Positions 1 to 8,063 are shown, numbered from the stretch's first letter. The stretch: 64,000 bases of DNA from a virus (IMGVR_UViG_3300027419_000027:1-64000), one strand, 5' to 3'. Numbers and translations: made by a program. The notes: generated by a model from the sequence alone, not told the origin.

Positions 1-94
1 ACGACCCCGACCACGACCCCGACCGCGACAGCGACCCCGACCACGACCACGACCGCGACCACTCAAGCCCGATCCGCATTATTGCTGCATTCAT
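1..94 (-). CDS. Ser-X dipeptide repeat protein (MNAAIMRIGLEWSRSWSWSGSLSRSGSWSGS...), runs off the window edge
   Basis: ATG at 94-92 overlaps the stop of the 91..399 gene (ATGA); the frame stays open to position 1. Confidence 0.7.
   Translation of the reverse strand, partial: MNAAIMRIGLEWSRSWSWSGSLSRSGSWSGS
2..61. repeat. 10 tandem hexamers CGAC(C/A)(C/A/G) encoding the Ser-X repeat
   Basis: cgaccc cgacca cgaccc cgaccg cgacag cgaccc cgacca cgacca cgaccg cgacca. Confidence 0.9.
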
Positions 95-399
95 TTCTGC
101 ACCTGAGGCAAATCGTGATCCCATTGCGTTGCGTCGATTATCACGGCACGCGGCACAACCACGTCATGGACGAATGGCTCGACCTCGTTAAGACTGCCGG
201 TCTTAAGTGCGTCGTGGAATCGTCCGGTATCTGAGATCCACGCCGCTTGGCTCAGCACGAGATCGGTGTCGGTAATCGACGCCAGCCAACCCGTGTAGTA
301 CATCGTGACCGTTCGGATCAGATACTTTTGTCCGATCACGAACGAATGAGTCAGTCGCGGTGCAACCAACTCTCGCAACTCCGACAATTCGATGTCCAT
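91..399 (-). CDS. conserved small phage protein (DUF6948-like)
   Basis: motifs YLIRTVTMYYTG, AAWISDTGR and EVEP recognised from this phage family. Confidence 0.75.
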   Translation of the reverse strand: MDIELSELRELVAPRLTHSFVIGQKYLIRTVTMYYTGWLASITDTDLVLSQAAWISDTGRFHDALKTGSLNEVEPFVHDVVVPRAVIIDATQWDHDLPQVQK

Positions 400-618
400 T
401 TCGTTTATCCTGTAAAAATGCCTCGCTGTAAAACCCGCCGGCTCTTCCCCGGCTCGGTGCTCGCAATTTTGGGATACTCCCGATTAGGGACTTACTACTC
501 ACGGTCGCAACCATGAGCGGCCCACGTCTCTCCAGCACGTTGAGTTTCAGTTTCAGCCCGCACCGGCCAGACAGTAAAACCGGCGCGGGGCGGCCGACGG
601 AACCGGCCGTATGTGGGT

Positions 619-915
619 TCACCAGTCGCAACGAGCAGAGAACTCGTCTATTCGACCAACGAGGATGATGCACTTGTCAGCGATGTTTCCTAAGTCGTTC
701 GCACACTCGCTCATTTCAATGGGCGCGACAGGTTTACCGTTGTCGCTATCAGTGCGAGATGGATATGCGAAACGCGAATAGCGATTGAACATAGTGTCCA
801 GGCTTTGCTCCAGGCGTTGAACGCTCTGGTGAAGGCATTCCAGTTGAATGTCGATCTGGCCACGATCCCGTGTTTCACACGCTGAACATGCTTCTGCTGC
901 ACTGCGAGGCATCAT
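619..915 (-). CDS. hypothetical protein (MMPRSAAEACSAC...)
   Basis: AAGGAG upstream of ATG 915; 3' part of track ORF 619..1452. Confidence 0.6.
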   Translation of the reverse strand: MMPRSAAEACSACETRDRGQIDIQLECLHQSVQRLEQSLDTMFNRYSRFAYPSRTDSDNGKPVAPIEMSECANDLGNIADKCIILVGRIDEFSARCDW

Positions 916-917
916 TA

Positions 918-1142
918 CTAAACTCCTTTGAAGTTGGTTCTCACCGGCCAGGTAAACGGTCCGCTGCCGGATCCTGCCGCTGATGCGCTCGACGGCGGTG
1001 TTCCGGCAGCGGCGCCGATCTTCACTGATGGAAAGAGCCGCTCGGCGTCGGCCACCTGCTCCCGCCGAGCGACTGAAACCCGCCACCGGAAACCGAGCGC
1101 CAACCAGGAGAACGGCAGCAGGTAGAATTGGGATTGATTCAT
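918..1142 (-). CDS. hypothetical protein (MNQSQFYLL...)
   Basis: GGAG 8 nt before ATG 1142; fills the gap between neighbouring genes. Confidence 0.4.
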   Translation of the reverse strand: MNQSQFYLLPFSWLALGFRWRVSVARREQVADAERLFPSVKIGAAAGTPPSSASAAGSGSGPFTWPVRTNFKGV

Positions 1143-1174
1143 GGTTGGCGCTCCGAATGAATGACGCCCGCATC

Positions 1175-1612
1175 CTATGTGACGGGTACTGGGGATTTCC
1201 CGGGGATTTCCCCAGTACCGATTTCCTGGAGAACGAATACCGAGTTTTTGGGCGAGATTTCCCAAAGGATGTCCGAGCAGAGCAGGGCGGCGTTAACGTC
1301 GTAGCACGCCCTGAGAATGGTGGATTCGGCGACAGAGCGGCCGAGCCAGACCGCCTGACGGACTTGATCAACGTCTGCGGGCCCGTGGGAGAGAAGGAAC
1401 CGAACCAACGCGTGTTCGGTTGCTGTGAGCCGGCACTGATGGAGCTCGCCACTTGGAGCTCGGCAGCGAACCATCTGGGGATTCGCCAGAGTCAGGCCGG
1501 TCGGCCGGTCGGTCGCCAAGCAGAGCAGGGCAGTGGTGAGGATTCGGATGGCGTCCGCTATTTCGTCGGGCGACCAGTCGACCTCGATTTCCCCCGGAAG
1601 GGTTATTCCCAC
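1175..1612 (-). CDS. winged-helix DNA-binding protein (OmpR/PhoB C-terminal-like)
   Basis: RLTATEHALVRFLLSHG...AVW...STILRACYDVNAAL pattern; start uncertain. Confidence 0.55.
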   Translation of the reverse strand: MGITLPGEIEVDWSPDEIADAIRILTTALLCLATDRPTGLTLANPQMVRCRAPSGELHQCRLTATEHALVRFLLSHGPADVDQVRQAVWLGRSVAESTILRACYDVNAALLCSDILWEISPKNSVFVLQEIGTGEIPGKSPVPVT

Positions 1613-1632
1613 GGCAGTAGCCTAAATTCGGC

Positions 1633-1661
1633 TTGACGGTGCCGCGGAGTCTGCCTAGCAT
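1633..1661 (+). promoter_or_regulatory. sigma70-type promoter
   Basis: TTGACG-17 nt-TAGCAT. Confidence 0.65.
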
Positions 1662-1666
1662 AGACA

Positions 1667-1779
1667 GAGAATCCTCTGGACCGCCTCGCGATGGTCAGGG
1701 ATGCTCGGGTGTCGGCTGCCAAACTTCCACCCGGGCGTGATGCGTCTTTTAGGACCGCTTCGCAGGCGGTCCTTTTTTA
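1667..1779 (+). ncRNA. candidate ~110-nt small RNA on the strand opposite to the flanking genes
   Basis: bounded by promoter 1633-1661 and terminator 1751-1779; internal hairpin GCTCGGGTG/CACCCGGGC; no credible ORF. Confidence 0.45.
1751..1779 (+). terminator. intrinsic terminator
   Basis: AGGACCGC-ttcgcag-GCGGTCCT followed by a T run. Confidence 0.75.
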
Positions 1780-2013
1780 TTTCACGCCTGCAGCACGCAG
1801 GGCGTTCTTCAGGATCTGCCTGGAATCGTAATCCATTTCGAATCGCTCCAGGCGGGCGAGAACTTCCTTGCAGGCTTTCAGAAGCTTCGGGCTCTCCTGG
1901 GATTCCAGTCGTTTCGCCCACCGATACAACGCCTCACCGTCGAGGTCACCGTGAATTCCTCGCTCCCAGCCTGTATCCATGACGTATGGTCGCTCTTGTG
2001 GCGTCTGGCTCAT
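1777..2013 (-). CDS. hypothetical phage protein
   Basis: purine-rich RBS gaggaaagg upstream; protein-like composition. Confidence 0.65.
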   Translation of the reverse strand: MSQTPQERPYVMDTGWERGIHGDLDGEALYRWAKRLESQESPKLLKACKEVLARLERFEMDYDSRQILKNALRAAGVK

Positions 2014-2148
2014 CCCGACTTCCTTTCCTCGTATTCCCTGATCCTCTGGCCTCGTTCGCCCTTTGTTTTTGGAAGAAGGCCGCCTACGGACAAGTTACCA
2101 GCCTGACGTAGGCGGCTTCCTCAACGGGAGCCCGTTGGCTTTCCGTCG

Positions 2149-2664
2149 TCAACTGTCAGTCTGGCGACAATGCTCATCGTTGTCTTCAAACCGCGATGGA
2201 TCGATGTGCGTATATGGAACCCGCTCGTCCTCCAGGGCTAATTCGACATCGGATAACCGCTGCGCAGCGAGGTCGAATGCAGCAGCTTCCATCAGAAGTT
2301 GGGCTCGCTTGAATGCCAACTCCGGTGGCTTGGCGATCAAAGCAGCCGCGACTCGGCTACATTCCGCCTGAGAGGTCAGGATAGCCGCCACTCGCGTGAG
2401 TTCGTCGTAGGACGCTTTCTGGTTATGCACTTTATCCTCCAAAGTAATTAGTTTGGATGTTCGAACCGGTTGATAGTCCAGGACTTGTGTATTTTTTTGA
2501 CAGACCTTAAACGTCCGATAATGTTTCGATCGTCTTTCGCGATCGCATTGGTGATTGAAACGCTGGGAGGACGGTTCACACCGGAGCCTCCCAGGTACGA
2601 AAGCCGCCCCAAGCAAGTACCACCTAGATTGGAGCGGCGTGATCGTTTCGGAGAATGGATTCAT
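2149..2664 (-). CDS. hypothetical protein
   Basis: 171-aa ORF with a helical-looking C-terminal half; start uncertain. Confidence 0.4.
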   Translation of the reverse strand: MNPFSETITPLQSRWYLLGAAFVPGRLRCEPSSQRFNHQCDRERRSKHYRTFKVCQKNTQVLDYQPVRTSKLITLEDKVHNQKASYDELTRVAAILTSQAECSRVAAALIAKPPELAFKRAQLLMEAAAFDLAAQRLSDVELALEDERVPYTHIDPSRFEDNDEHCRQTDS

Positions 2665-2944
2665 GAGATCAAATCCAAGGTGGTACTTTAGGATGTGCCG
2701 AATTTAGCAGTTCCCAAAAACTGCGTCAAGTGGAATATCCTAGTCTCCGTAGGGAATTCCCCTAATGACGGAAAATCACAATTTCGGCTGTGATTTTTCG
2801 GCAGAGCCATTTTGTTGAGGTCAACAATATGGTATGAGCAGACCGCCACCTTTTTGGCCTCACCGTTAGAGAGTGAGCCTTCAGGCCGACGCTTGAGCAG
2901 AAGCCCACAATACGTGGCATATTTACAAGAGGCTCTCCGACAAA

Positions 2945-3607
2945 ATGCGTGTCGGGATCGACTTGGATAACGCACGCCTGGAGATCCATCGACTTATACT
3001 TAACGTAGAGGAAAACTTCCGAGACTCGTTATCGCTTAATCACCCAGGAGAAGATTTTTGTGTCTCGATGAAGGAGGTCTGTTTCAAGGACGACGTAGAG
3101 GGCCTGAATGGCCAAAACTACCATACTTGTCCGTTTGTGCTGAGCGATATGCCTCTTTTTCGCTACGCAGGAGCAGAGCCTTTCAGGGAAGATGAGGTTA
3201 TTGACAACCTTGATTTCGACGAGAACACTAACAGGAATGAATTTGATCGACTCAGAGAGACCCTGTTCTACAAGAGTTTCGTATCAAGAACAGTGGAGTA
3301 TGTCAGCGAATTTTCGCACGACCAACAACAGTACACTAAACTATTTCGATCCGGACTTGTTGTTCCTGTTGTTCTACACGAAATACCATGGGTGTTCATT
3401 TGCGTTGGCGCCACAGAACCCGCTGTGTTTGGTGAAGATGACAAACAGATCGCGTGTACATTTGCAGATGCAATTGCAGAACTAATCCGGCTTGATATGG
3501 TCTTTAGTGCTGTGACTGATGCAAAGAAGGTGATCGTCATGGATGACGTAAGTGACCTTGAGCTATATAAATTGCTGGAAAATCGCGAGGAAGACCATGG
3601 CTGTTAG
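2945..3607 (+). CDS. GAF-like domain protein
   Basis: C-terminal SGLVVPVVLHEIPWVFICVGATEPAVFGEDDKQIACTFADAIA resembles the GAF terminal motif; AT-richer segment. Confidence 0.5.
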   Translation: MRVGIDLDNARLEIHRLILNVEENFRDSLSLNHPGEDFCVSMKEVCFKDDVEGLNGQNYHTCPFVLSDMPLFRYAGAEPFREDEVIDNLDFDENTNRNEFDRLRETLFYKSFVSRTVEYVSEFSHDQQQYTKLFRSGLVVPVVLHEIPWVFICVGATEPAVFGEDDKQIACTFADAIAELIRLDMVFSAVTDAKKVIVMDDVSDLELYKLLENREEDHGC

Positions 3608-3818
3608 GATCAGGTTTGGCAGAAACCTTGCCGGCAATAGCACGTTGATCGGGAACCCAAATGGAAAGATCAGAGTGATCATTGTCGAGAGAGACAAACG
3701 GTTTACTCCAAACGATTTTGAGTGCGCGCTGCATCGCTTTGGCCCGGTCAGTGCGACAAAGAATAGCGACGTTCAGGCAGCCATACAGCGGCTGCTGCTG
3801 TCGCCTGCCATCCACTGA
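3597..3818 (+). CDS. hypothetical protein
   Basis: GAGGAAG RBS before ATG 3597; overlaps the end of the upstream gene. Confidence 0.45.
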   Translation: MAVRIRFGRNLAGNSTLIGNPNGKIRVIIVERDKRFTPNDFECALHRFGPVSATKNSDVQAAIQRLLLSPAIH

Positions 3819-3821
3819 TCG

Positions 3822-4047
3822 TTATCGGTGGGCCGCATTCTTTGCCGTCACAACTACCTCAAACAGCTCCTCAAAACTCCAGATGTGGCCTTCTAGTTTG
3901 GCCATCATTGCGGCTGTCGAATACTGGAGCCCTCGACCAAGAGCCGTAGAACGAGTTTGGCCTGCCGCAGTCTAGACAACGAAATCGTTGGTTGCCCTTC
4001 CGGTCCCGACCGTGCTTCTTCCTGTTGGCATGAGCACATGCAATCAT
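3822..4047 (-). pseudogene. internally deleted IS1-family transposase remnant
   Basis: N-terminal Zn ribbon MIACAHANRKKHGRDRKGNQRFRCLDCG, HTH fragment AKLVLRLLVEGSSIR and C-terminal AAMMAKLEGHIWSFEELF, lying in different frames. Confidence 0.7.
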
Positions 4048-4429
4048 CGCGAACCCCTTCACTTCTCTGGCGGGGTTCGCTAGAATGAACTTGCAAGGGT
4101 TACATTCTGGGCTAACCACGCCTAGGTTGTGATTCCCCCGGGGCCGCTTCAACGGCCCCGGGGACTTCAACAAAAACGGAAGGCAGGGGTTACGATCCCG
4201 TCCGGCTCACACCGGCCCCCACCAGCCGCTTATAAGGCGGTTGCGGCGTCCAATCCGCGGGGCTACCTTCCGCTCGGAAAAATGGTCGCCTTGCCCTAGC
4301 GGGTTCCCTGGTTGCCACTTGGTTCCCCGCTAGGACTCGGCCGTCTTGCCATCCTCGCCCCATCCTACGGCGACCACATCCGCAGACAAAAAAAGCCGGC
4401 GTGGACCGGCTCGGGAGGGCAGGGGAGGG

Positions 4430-4603
4430 TCAGGTATTTTCAGCAGCCTTTTGTATCGCTGCTTCGGCCGCTTCGACTGTTCGGCTCGGAGGATTGCAGT
4501 CGTATACATTTTCAAATGTACTTGGCAATTCAATCGGCCTTTCGTCGAACCATTCAGTTGGAATGGGCGATGCCAACTTGGCAGCGGCGAATTCTTCTGT
4601 CAT
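4430..4603 (-). CDS. hypothetical protein (MTEEFAAAK...)
   Basis: ATG immediately after the stop of the upstream HTH gene. Confidence 0.45.
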   Translation of the reverse strand: MTEEFAAAKLASPIPTEWFDERPIELPSTFENVYDCNPPSRTVEAAEAAIQKAAENT

Positions 4604-4604
4604 C

Positions 4605-4835
4605 TCACCATCCTCGCTCCGGTTTGGGGGTTTCGATTCGCGGTGGCCGTCCAACCGGCCTGGGAATCTCGGAAAACTCGGCCAGTTCTTCCTCGCTGAT
4701 GAGCCAGTCGCGGCCCATCTTTTTTCCGATGCGACCGGCTACACACAGTTGCCGGACCCGCATCTTGGAGAGTCCCAGTCTGGCGGCGGCTTCGGCGGTC
4801 GTTAGGTATTTGGGATCCATTCTGATTGTGTCCAT
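4605..4835 (-). CDS. excisionase/MerR-like HTH_17 DNA-binding protein
   Basis: YLTTAEAAARLGLSKMRVRQLCVAGRIGKKMGRDWLISEEEL. Confidence 0.8.
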   Translation of the reverse strand: MDTIRMDPKYLTTAEAAARLGLSKMRVRQLCVAGRIGKKMGRDWLISEEELAEFSEIPRPVGRPPRIETPKPERGW

Positions 4836-5005
4836 GGTGTCGTGGGGGTGGTGCTCCTCGCAGGCAGGCCACACGTCAGTTGTCCCATCTAGCCCCGGGG
4901 TAGACTTTCACCCACCTAGTGTGGCCGCACTTTCCGCATACGATTTTTTCGCCCACTCGCGATCGGTGGGCTGTGTGATCTGTTATGGAGCCCTGCGCGG
5001 GCTCC

Positions 5006-5040
5006 CAGCGATCCCGAATTTCCCCTCGGGATCACGGGGG
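5006..5040 (-). repeat. intergenic hairpin module A, copy 1 of 3
   Basis: identical 35-mer cagcgatcccgaatttcccctcgggatcacggggg at 5006, 6131 and 8029; stem GATCCCGA/TCGGGATC. Confidence 0.95.
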
Positions 5041-5045
5041 AGTCA

Positions 5046-5246
5046 TCAATCGCCGATGTGGCACACGTACATTTCATCGGCTACGGATTTTCCCACGAAT
5101 CTCGCCAGTTTCCGTCGCGCTCCTCGCTCGGTGGTGGCAGTCACGGCGTATCCGGCCCCGCGATTGCTGGAAGCTTCTCTCGCTGCCAGAGAAGCCGTGG
5201 AATTCGCCATAAATCGGTAGGTGCGCTTTTTGGGTTTGGTCATCAT
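5046..5246 (-). CDS. small cassette ORF (MMTKPKKRTYRF...)
   Basis: starts from RBS module C (AGGAG) and ends just before module A. Confidence 0.7.
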   Translation of the reverse strand: MMTKPKKRTYRFMANSTASLAAREASSNRGAGYAVTATTERGARRKLARFVGKSVADEMYVCHIGD

Positions 5247-5274
5247 CTGTCGGTTCTCCTGGTTGGCCCTCAGC
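5243..5274 (-). repeat. RBS/start module C, copy 1 of 2
   Basis: identical 32-mer (minus strand gctgagggccaaccAGGAGaaccgacagATGA) at 5243 and 8771. Confidence 0.95.
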
Positions 5275-5303
5275 ACGCCGGCGAACTGCCGGGCGCTGGT
5301 GGG

Positions 5304-5360
5304 GTGGTAAACGCAAGTCCCCGGCCAGGACGCAACCCCTGACGCGGCTGCGGGGAAGGG
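5304..5360 (-). repeat. intergenic structured module B, copy 1 of 2
   Basis: identical 57-mer gtggtaaacgcaagtccccggccaggacgcaacccctgacgcggctgcggggaaggg at 5304 and 8441. Confidence 0.95.
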
Positions 5361-5378
5361 AATCAGGCGTGAAGGCAT

Positions 5379-5693
5379 TCAATTTCGTCGAGCCTCGGCC
5401 TTGGAGACTGCCTCTTCGAGCATTCGCACAGTTGCGTCCAGCCGGGTAATCTGCGCCGGTCCCGTGTACGTGCCAGTCTGGTGATTGTGGCTCAGTTTCC
5501 ATATCACCTGTTTCGCGGCCTCCAGTAGTTCCGGCGCTGCGGCGATCAGACGGGCGTTGGCTTCGTGCGATCCGTCCGCCTTGCGGCCATACGATGCGAT
5601 GAGGCAACATTCGTTCGGGTTTTCAGTTTGCGGCGGGTGATTGATCAAGAAATACTCCCGGTCGAGTATCCATGGTCCTGGTGTGTGGTTCAT
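5379..5693 (-). CDS. HTPGPW...ANARLIAAAPELL family phage protein, paralog 1
   Basis: widespread small phage protein motifs; AGGAG RBS. Confidence 0.85.
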   Translation of the reverse strand: MNHTPGPWILDREYFLINHPPQTENPNECCLIASYGRKADGSHEANARLIAAAPELLEAAKQVIWKLSHNHQTGTYTGPAQITRLDATVRMLEEAVSKAEARRN

Positions 5694-5906
5694 CGCTCAG
5701 ATTCTCCTGTTGGGTGGGTTGTTTCTCAGTCCCCCGTTGGCGCATCGAGCGCCGTAGCGATGGGCGGGGGAGTTCCTCGGGGGTCATTGGCAAAGGGCGT
5801 CGAATCGCGCCGACCACTCCTCTTCCGTGGAGGCTTCCTCGATTTTGGGCATGGTGGCCGGGAACTGCTGGATCGGGTGAATCCTTGGGATCACAGCCGG
5901 AACAAA

Positions 5907-6101
5907 TCATTCCCACGGTTCGCCGTCCTCGACTGTCCCGTCGGGGAACACGTCGAATAGCTCGCCGTCATCTTCCAGCCGCACGGCCTCGCCTCGGTCA
6001 GCAGCGATACGTTTTGCCGCGTGGATTGCCTCGTCACACACAGCAGAGCCTTGCAGCCCCACGGTAATCTCTTCGCCGTTCATCGTGTAGATTTCCGCCA
6101 T
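5907..6101 (-). CDS. small acidic cassette ORF (MAEIYTMNGEE...)
   Basis: RBS leader cacAGGAGatgagacaATG, shared with the 8064..8414 gene. Confidence 0.7.
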   Translation of the reverse strand: MAEIYTMNGEEITVGLQGSAVCDEAIHAAKRIAADRGEAVRLEDDGELFDVFPDGTVEDGEPWE

Positions 6102-6130
6102 TGTCTCATCTCCTGTGGTAGATGTTGTTT

Positions 6131-6165
6131 CAGCGATCCCGAATTTCCCCTCGGGATCACGGGGG
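6131..6165 (-). repeat. intergenic hairpin module A, copy 2 of 3
   Basis: identical to 5006..5040; 4 nt after the stop of the DUF3560 gene. Confidence 0.95.
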
Positions 6166-6169
6166 AGGG

Positions 6170-7132
6170 TTAACTCGATTTCTTGGTGGCTTTCGTGATG
6201 TGCCGCTTGCCGGCCCCTTGGTCCTGGCAAGCGATGCCCATCTTCAGAGAGTCGAGCCTTGACTGTCCTTCTGGGGTCGGATCGGTGGCTCGGCAGTCGC
6301 GGCAAATGAGCGGGATTTCCGGAAGTTTCTCGGCTGCCCATGTCGCGTACATACGGCCATTTCCGTTGAGGTGGCGAACCCAAGCCGATCGAGATGGAGC
6401 CCATCTCCAGCCGTTGCTCTTGAGGTAGTCGCGCACGGAAGAGGCCGGTTTTCCGTTGAATTCGATCAGGATGCGGCCCCATTCCTTGTCCTCGGAAATG
6501 GTGAATCCGTCACCCTCGATTGCCTCGCGCTCCGGCTCGGCCTGTCGCCTCTCAAGAATCGTGATTCGGTCGCGAACCCGCTTGATGTTCGCGTTATTGT
6601 TCGATAACTCGTAGGTGGGGTGCCGATAGTACGGCCTGCAATGGTAGGGGCAGATCCTGCCGAGGGAGACCAATTCCTTGATGCTGTGCTCGGAAAGGCC
6701 GGCGGATCGCATCTGGCCGTCAATGTCGGCTGAGCCGACTGCGATTTTCGCCTTTCGCAGTTTGGCGTTATCGGCCTTCATCTCGGTTTGCCGGGCTTCC
6801 AGTTCCGCCAGCTTTTCCCGTAGCTTGTCGACTGCGTCCGGATCGTCGGAACTGATCGAGGTATTGCTCTCCGCGGCTTCTGCGGCCTGTTCGTAGTGCT
6901 TGGCCTTCTGGCTTGAAGCAATGGCCTGCCTCATGTGGTTGTCGATGCGCTCCAAGTCTCTTCGGTGGCGTTTCTCGGAATGATGGCCCACAAGGATGGG
7001 TTGGCCGAAGGGAATGTAAGAGGCAATCTGGTCTGCGGCTCGATTCCTGGATTCGGATTCCTGCCGTGCGGATTCTGCACGTTCTCGGAGTCGCTCTATT
7101 CTGGCCTGTCGTCGCGTTTCGAAGTCGTTCAT
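6170..7132 (-). CDS. DUF3560 domain protein
   Basis: IPFGQPILVGHHSEKRHRRD...ISSDDPDAVDKLREKLAELE; GAGGTG RBS before ATG 7132. Confidence 0.85.
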   Translation of the reverse strand: MNDFETRRQARIERLRERAESARQESESRNRAADQIASYIPFGQPILVGHHSEKRHRRDLERIDNHMRQAIASSQKAKHYEQAAEAAESNTSISSDDPDAVDKLREKLAELEARQTEMKADNAKLRKAKIAVGSADIDGQMRSAGLSEHSIKELVSLGRICPYHCRPYYRHPTYELSNNNANIKRVRDRITILERRQAEPEREAIEGDGFTISEDKEWGRILIEFNGKPASSVRDYLKSNGWRWAPSRSAWVRHLNGNGRMYATWAAEKLPEIPLICRDCRATDPTPEGQSRLDSLKMGIACQDQGAGKRHITKATKKSS

Positions 7133-7233
7133 GTGTCTCACCTCGCGTGGATTGTGGCGTTGTTGCGGCCCAAGCGGCGCGCCCGTTCTCCGGTCTGGTT
7201 GGCCAGCCGGAGGGCGGGGGAGTCGGTCGGAAT

Positions 7234-7419
7234 TCAGGCGGAAACCGCCTCGAATCTCCAATCCGGGTTCATCGCGCGCAGTTCGGCCAAGCATCCTTCC
7301 AGTCGTTCGGCGGGGATTCTGGCAGCGTGCACACGCAGACGCGTCAGGTTGCCGTCTGGCCGCATGAGCATGGCTCGCTGCATGTCTGGCGCTTTGCAGC
7401 GGATGACGTAGGTTGTCAT
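7234..7419 (-). CDS. small cassette ORF (MTTYVIRCK...)
   Basis: ATGA overlap with the upstream stop. Confidence 0.65.
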   Translation of the reverse strand: MTTYVIRCKAPDMQRAMLMRPDGNLTRLRVHAARIPAERLEGCLAELRAMNPDWRFEAVSA

Positions 7420-7700
7420 GAGTCGGCCCCTGTTGCTTTGGCGATTGCGGCGCGGGCCTGACCTGCAACCTCGCACATATTCACGCGTCCCTGACCCTCG
7501 TTCAGCAGTGCGATGGCCCGGCATGCCTCCAGCAGTTCCGGCGCGGCAGCGATTAGCCTGGCGTTGGCCTCGTGCGCCCAGTCCCTTTTGCGGCCGTAAG
7601 ACGCAATAAGACAACACTCGTTTGGATTGTCAGTTTGCGGCGGGTGATTGATCGAGAAATGCTCGCGGTCAATTGTCCATGGTCCTGGTGTGTGGTTCAT
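7416..7700 (-). CDS. HTPGPW...ANARLIAAAPELL family phage protein, paralog 2
   Basis: 51 of the first 59 aa identical to 5379..5693. Confidence 0.85.
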   Translation of the reverse strand: MNHTPGPWTIDREHFSINHPPQTDNPNECCLIASYGRKRDWAHEANARLIAAAPELLEACRAIALLNEGQGRVNMCEVAGQARAAIAKATGADS

Positions 7701-7951
7701 GCTTCACCTTCCTCTCGCACGCAAATTCCCATGGCTCCAATTTCCTCGCCCTGATGGCTGCAAATAAAGCCCAACTCCCGGGCCTTGTCGAGCAATTCAT
7801 TGACAGCCACTTCGATTGCGTCCGGCAGATAGAACGTGCCATCGTCGTTGCGCGGTAGGTCCGGGCCTATTTGATCCCATTGCTCCGTCATGATTCGGAT
7901 TACCTGATCTGCAATGGGGAGCGGTGTTTCGGGGTTGGCTAGGGTTGGCAT
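7697..7951 (-). CDS. small cassette ORF (MPTLANPE...)
   Basis: coupled by ATGA overlap to the downstream gene. Confidence 0.65.
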   Translation of the reverse strand: MPTLANPETPLPIADQVIRIMTEQWDQIGPDLPRNDDGTFYLPDAIEVAVNELLDKARELGFICSHQGEEIGAMGICVREEGEA

Positions 7952-8028
7952 TTTGTGGGCTCCAGAGGGTTAGGTGTGCCGCGTGATTCCGGCGCGGCTG
8001 TCCGGGCTACGGCACTCCGCGTGCCGTC

Positions 8029-8063
8029 CAGCGATCCCGAATTTCCCCTCGGGATCACGGGGG
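8029..8063 (-). repeat. intergenic hairpin module A, copy 3 of 3
   Basis: identical 35-mer directly after the TGA of 8064..8414. Confidence 0.95.

Noticed and set aside
1712-1728. sRNA loop pairing with module B (CGGCTGC) or with 3614-3622 (GTTTGGCAG)
   Set aside because: Only 7-9 nt of complementarity, which is expected by chance in 64 kb
4183-4215. T-loop-like GGGTTACGATCCC as part of a tRNA
   Set aside because: No cloverleaf, acceptor stem or anticodon arm could be built
4312-5220. 302-aa plus-strand ORF
   Set aside because: Overlaps well-supported minus-strand genes and repeats; not protein-like
5623-5916. ORF between cassette genes
   Set aside because: Two frames each look partly plausible (MICSGC... 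and MPKIEEAST...), so I could not support one call; possible frameshifted remnant
5379-7700. Duplicated gene as the template/variable pair of a diversity-generating retroelement
   Set aside because: No reverse transcriptase in the window, both copies are intact ORFs, and the differences are not confined to adenines
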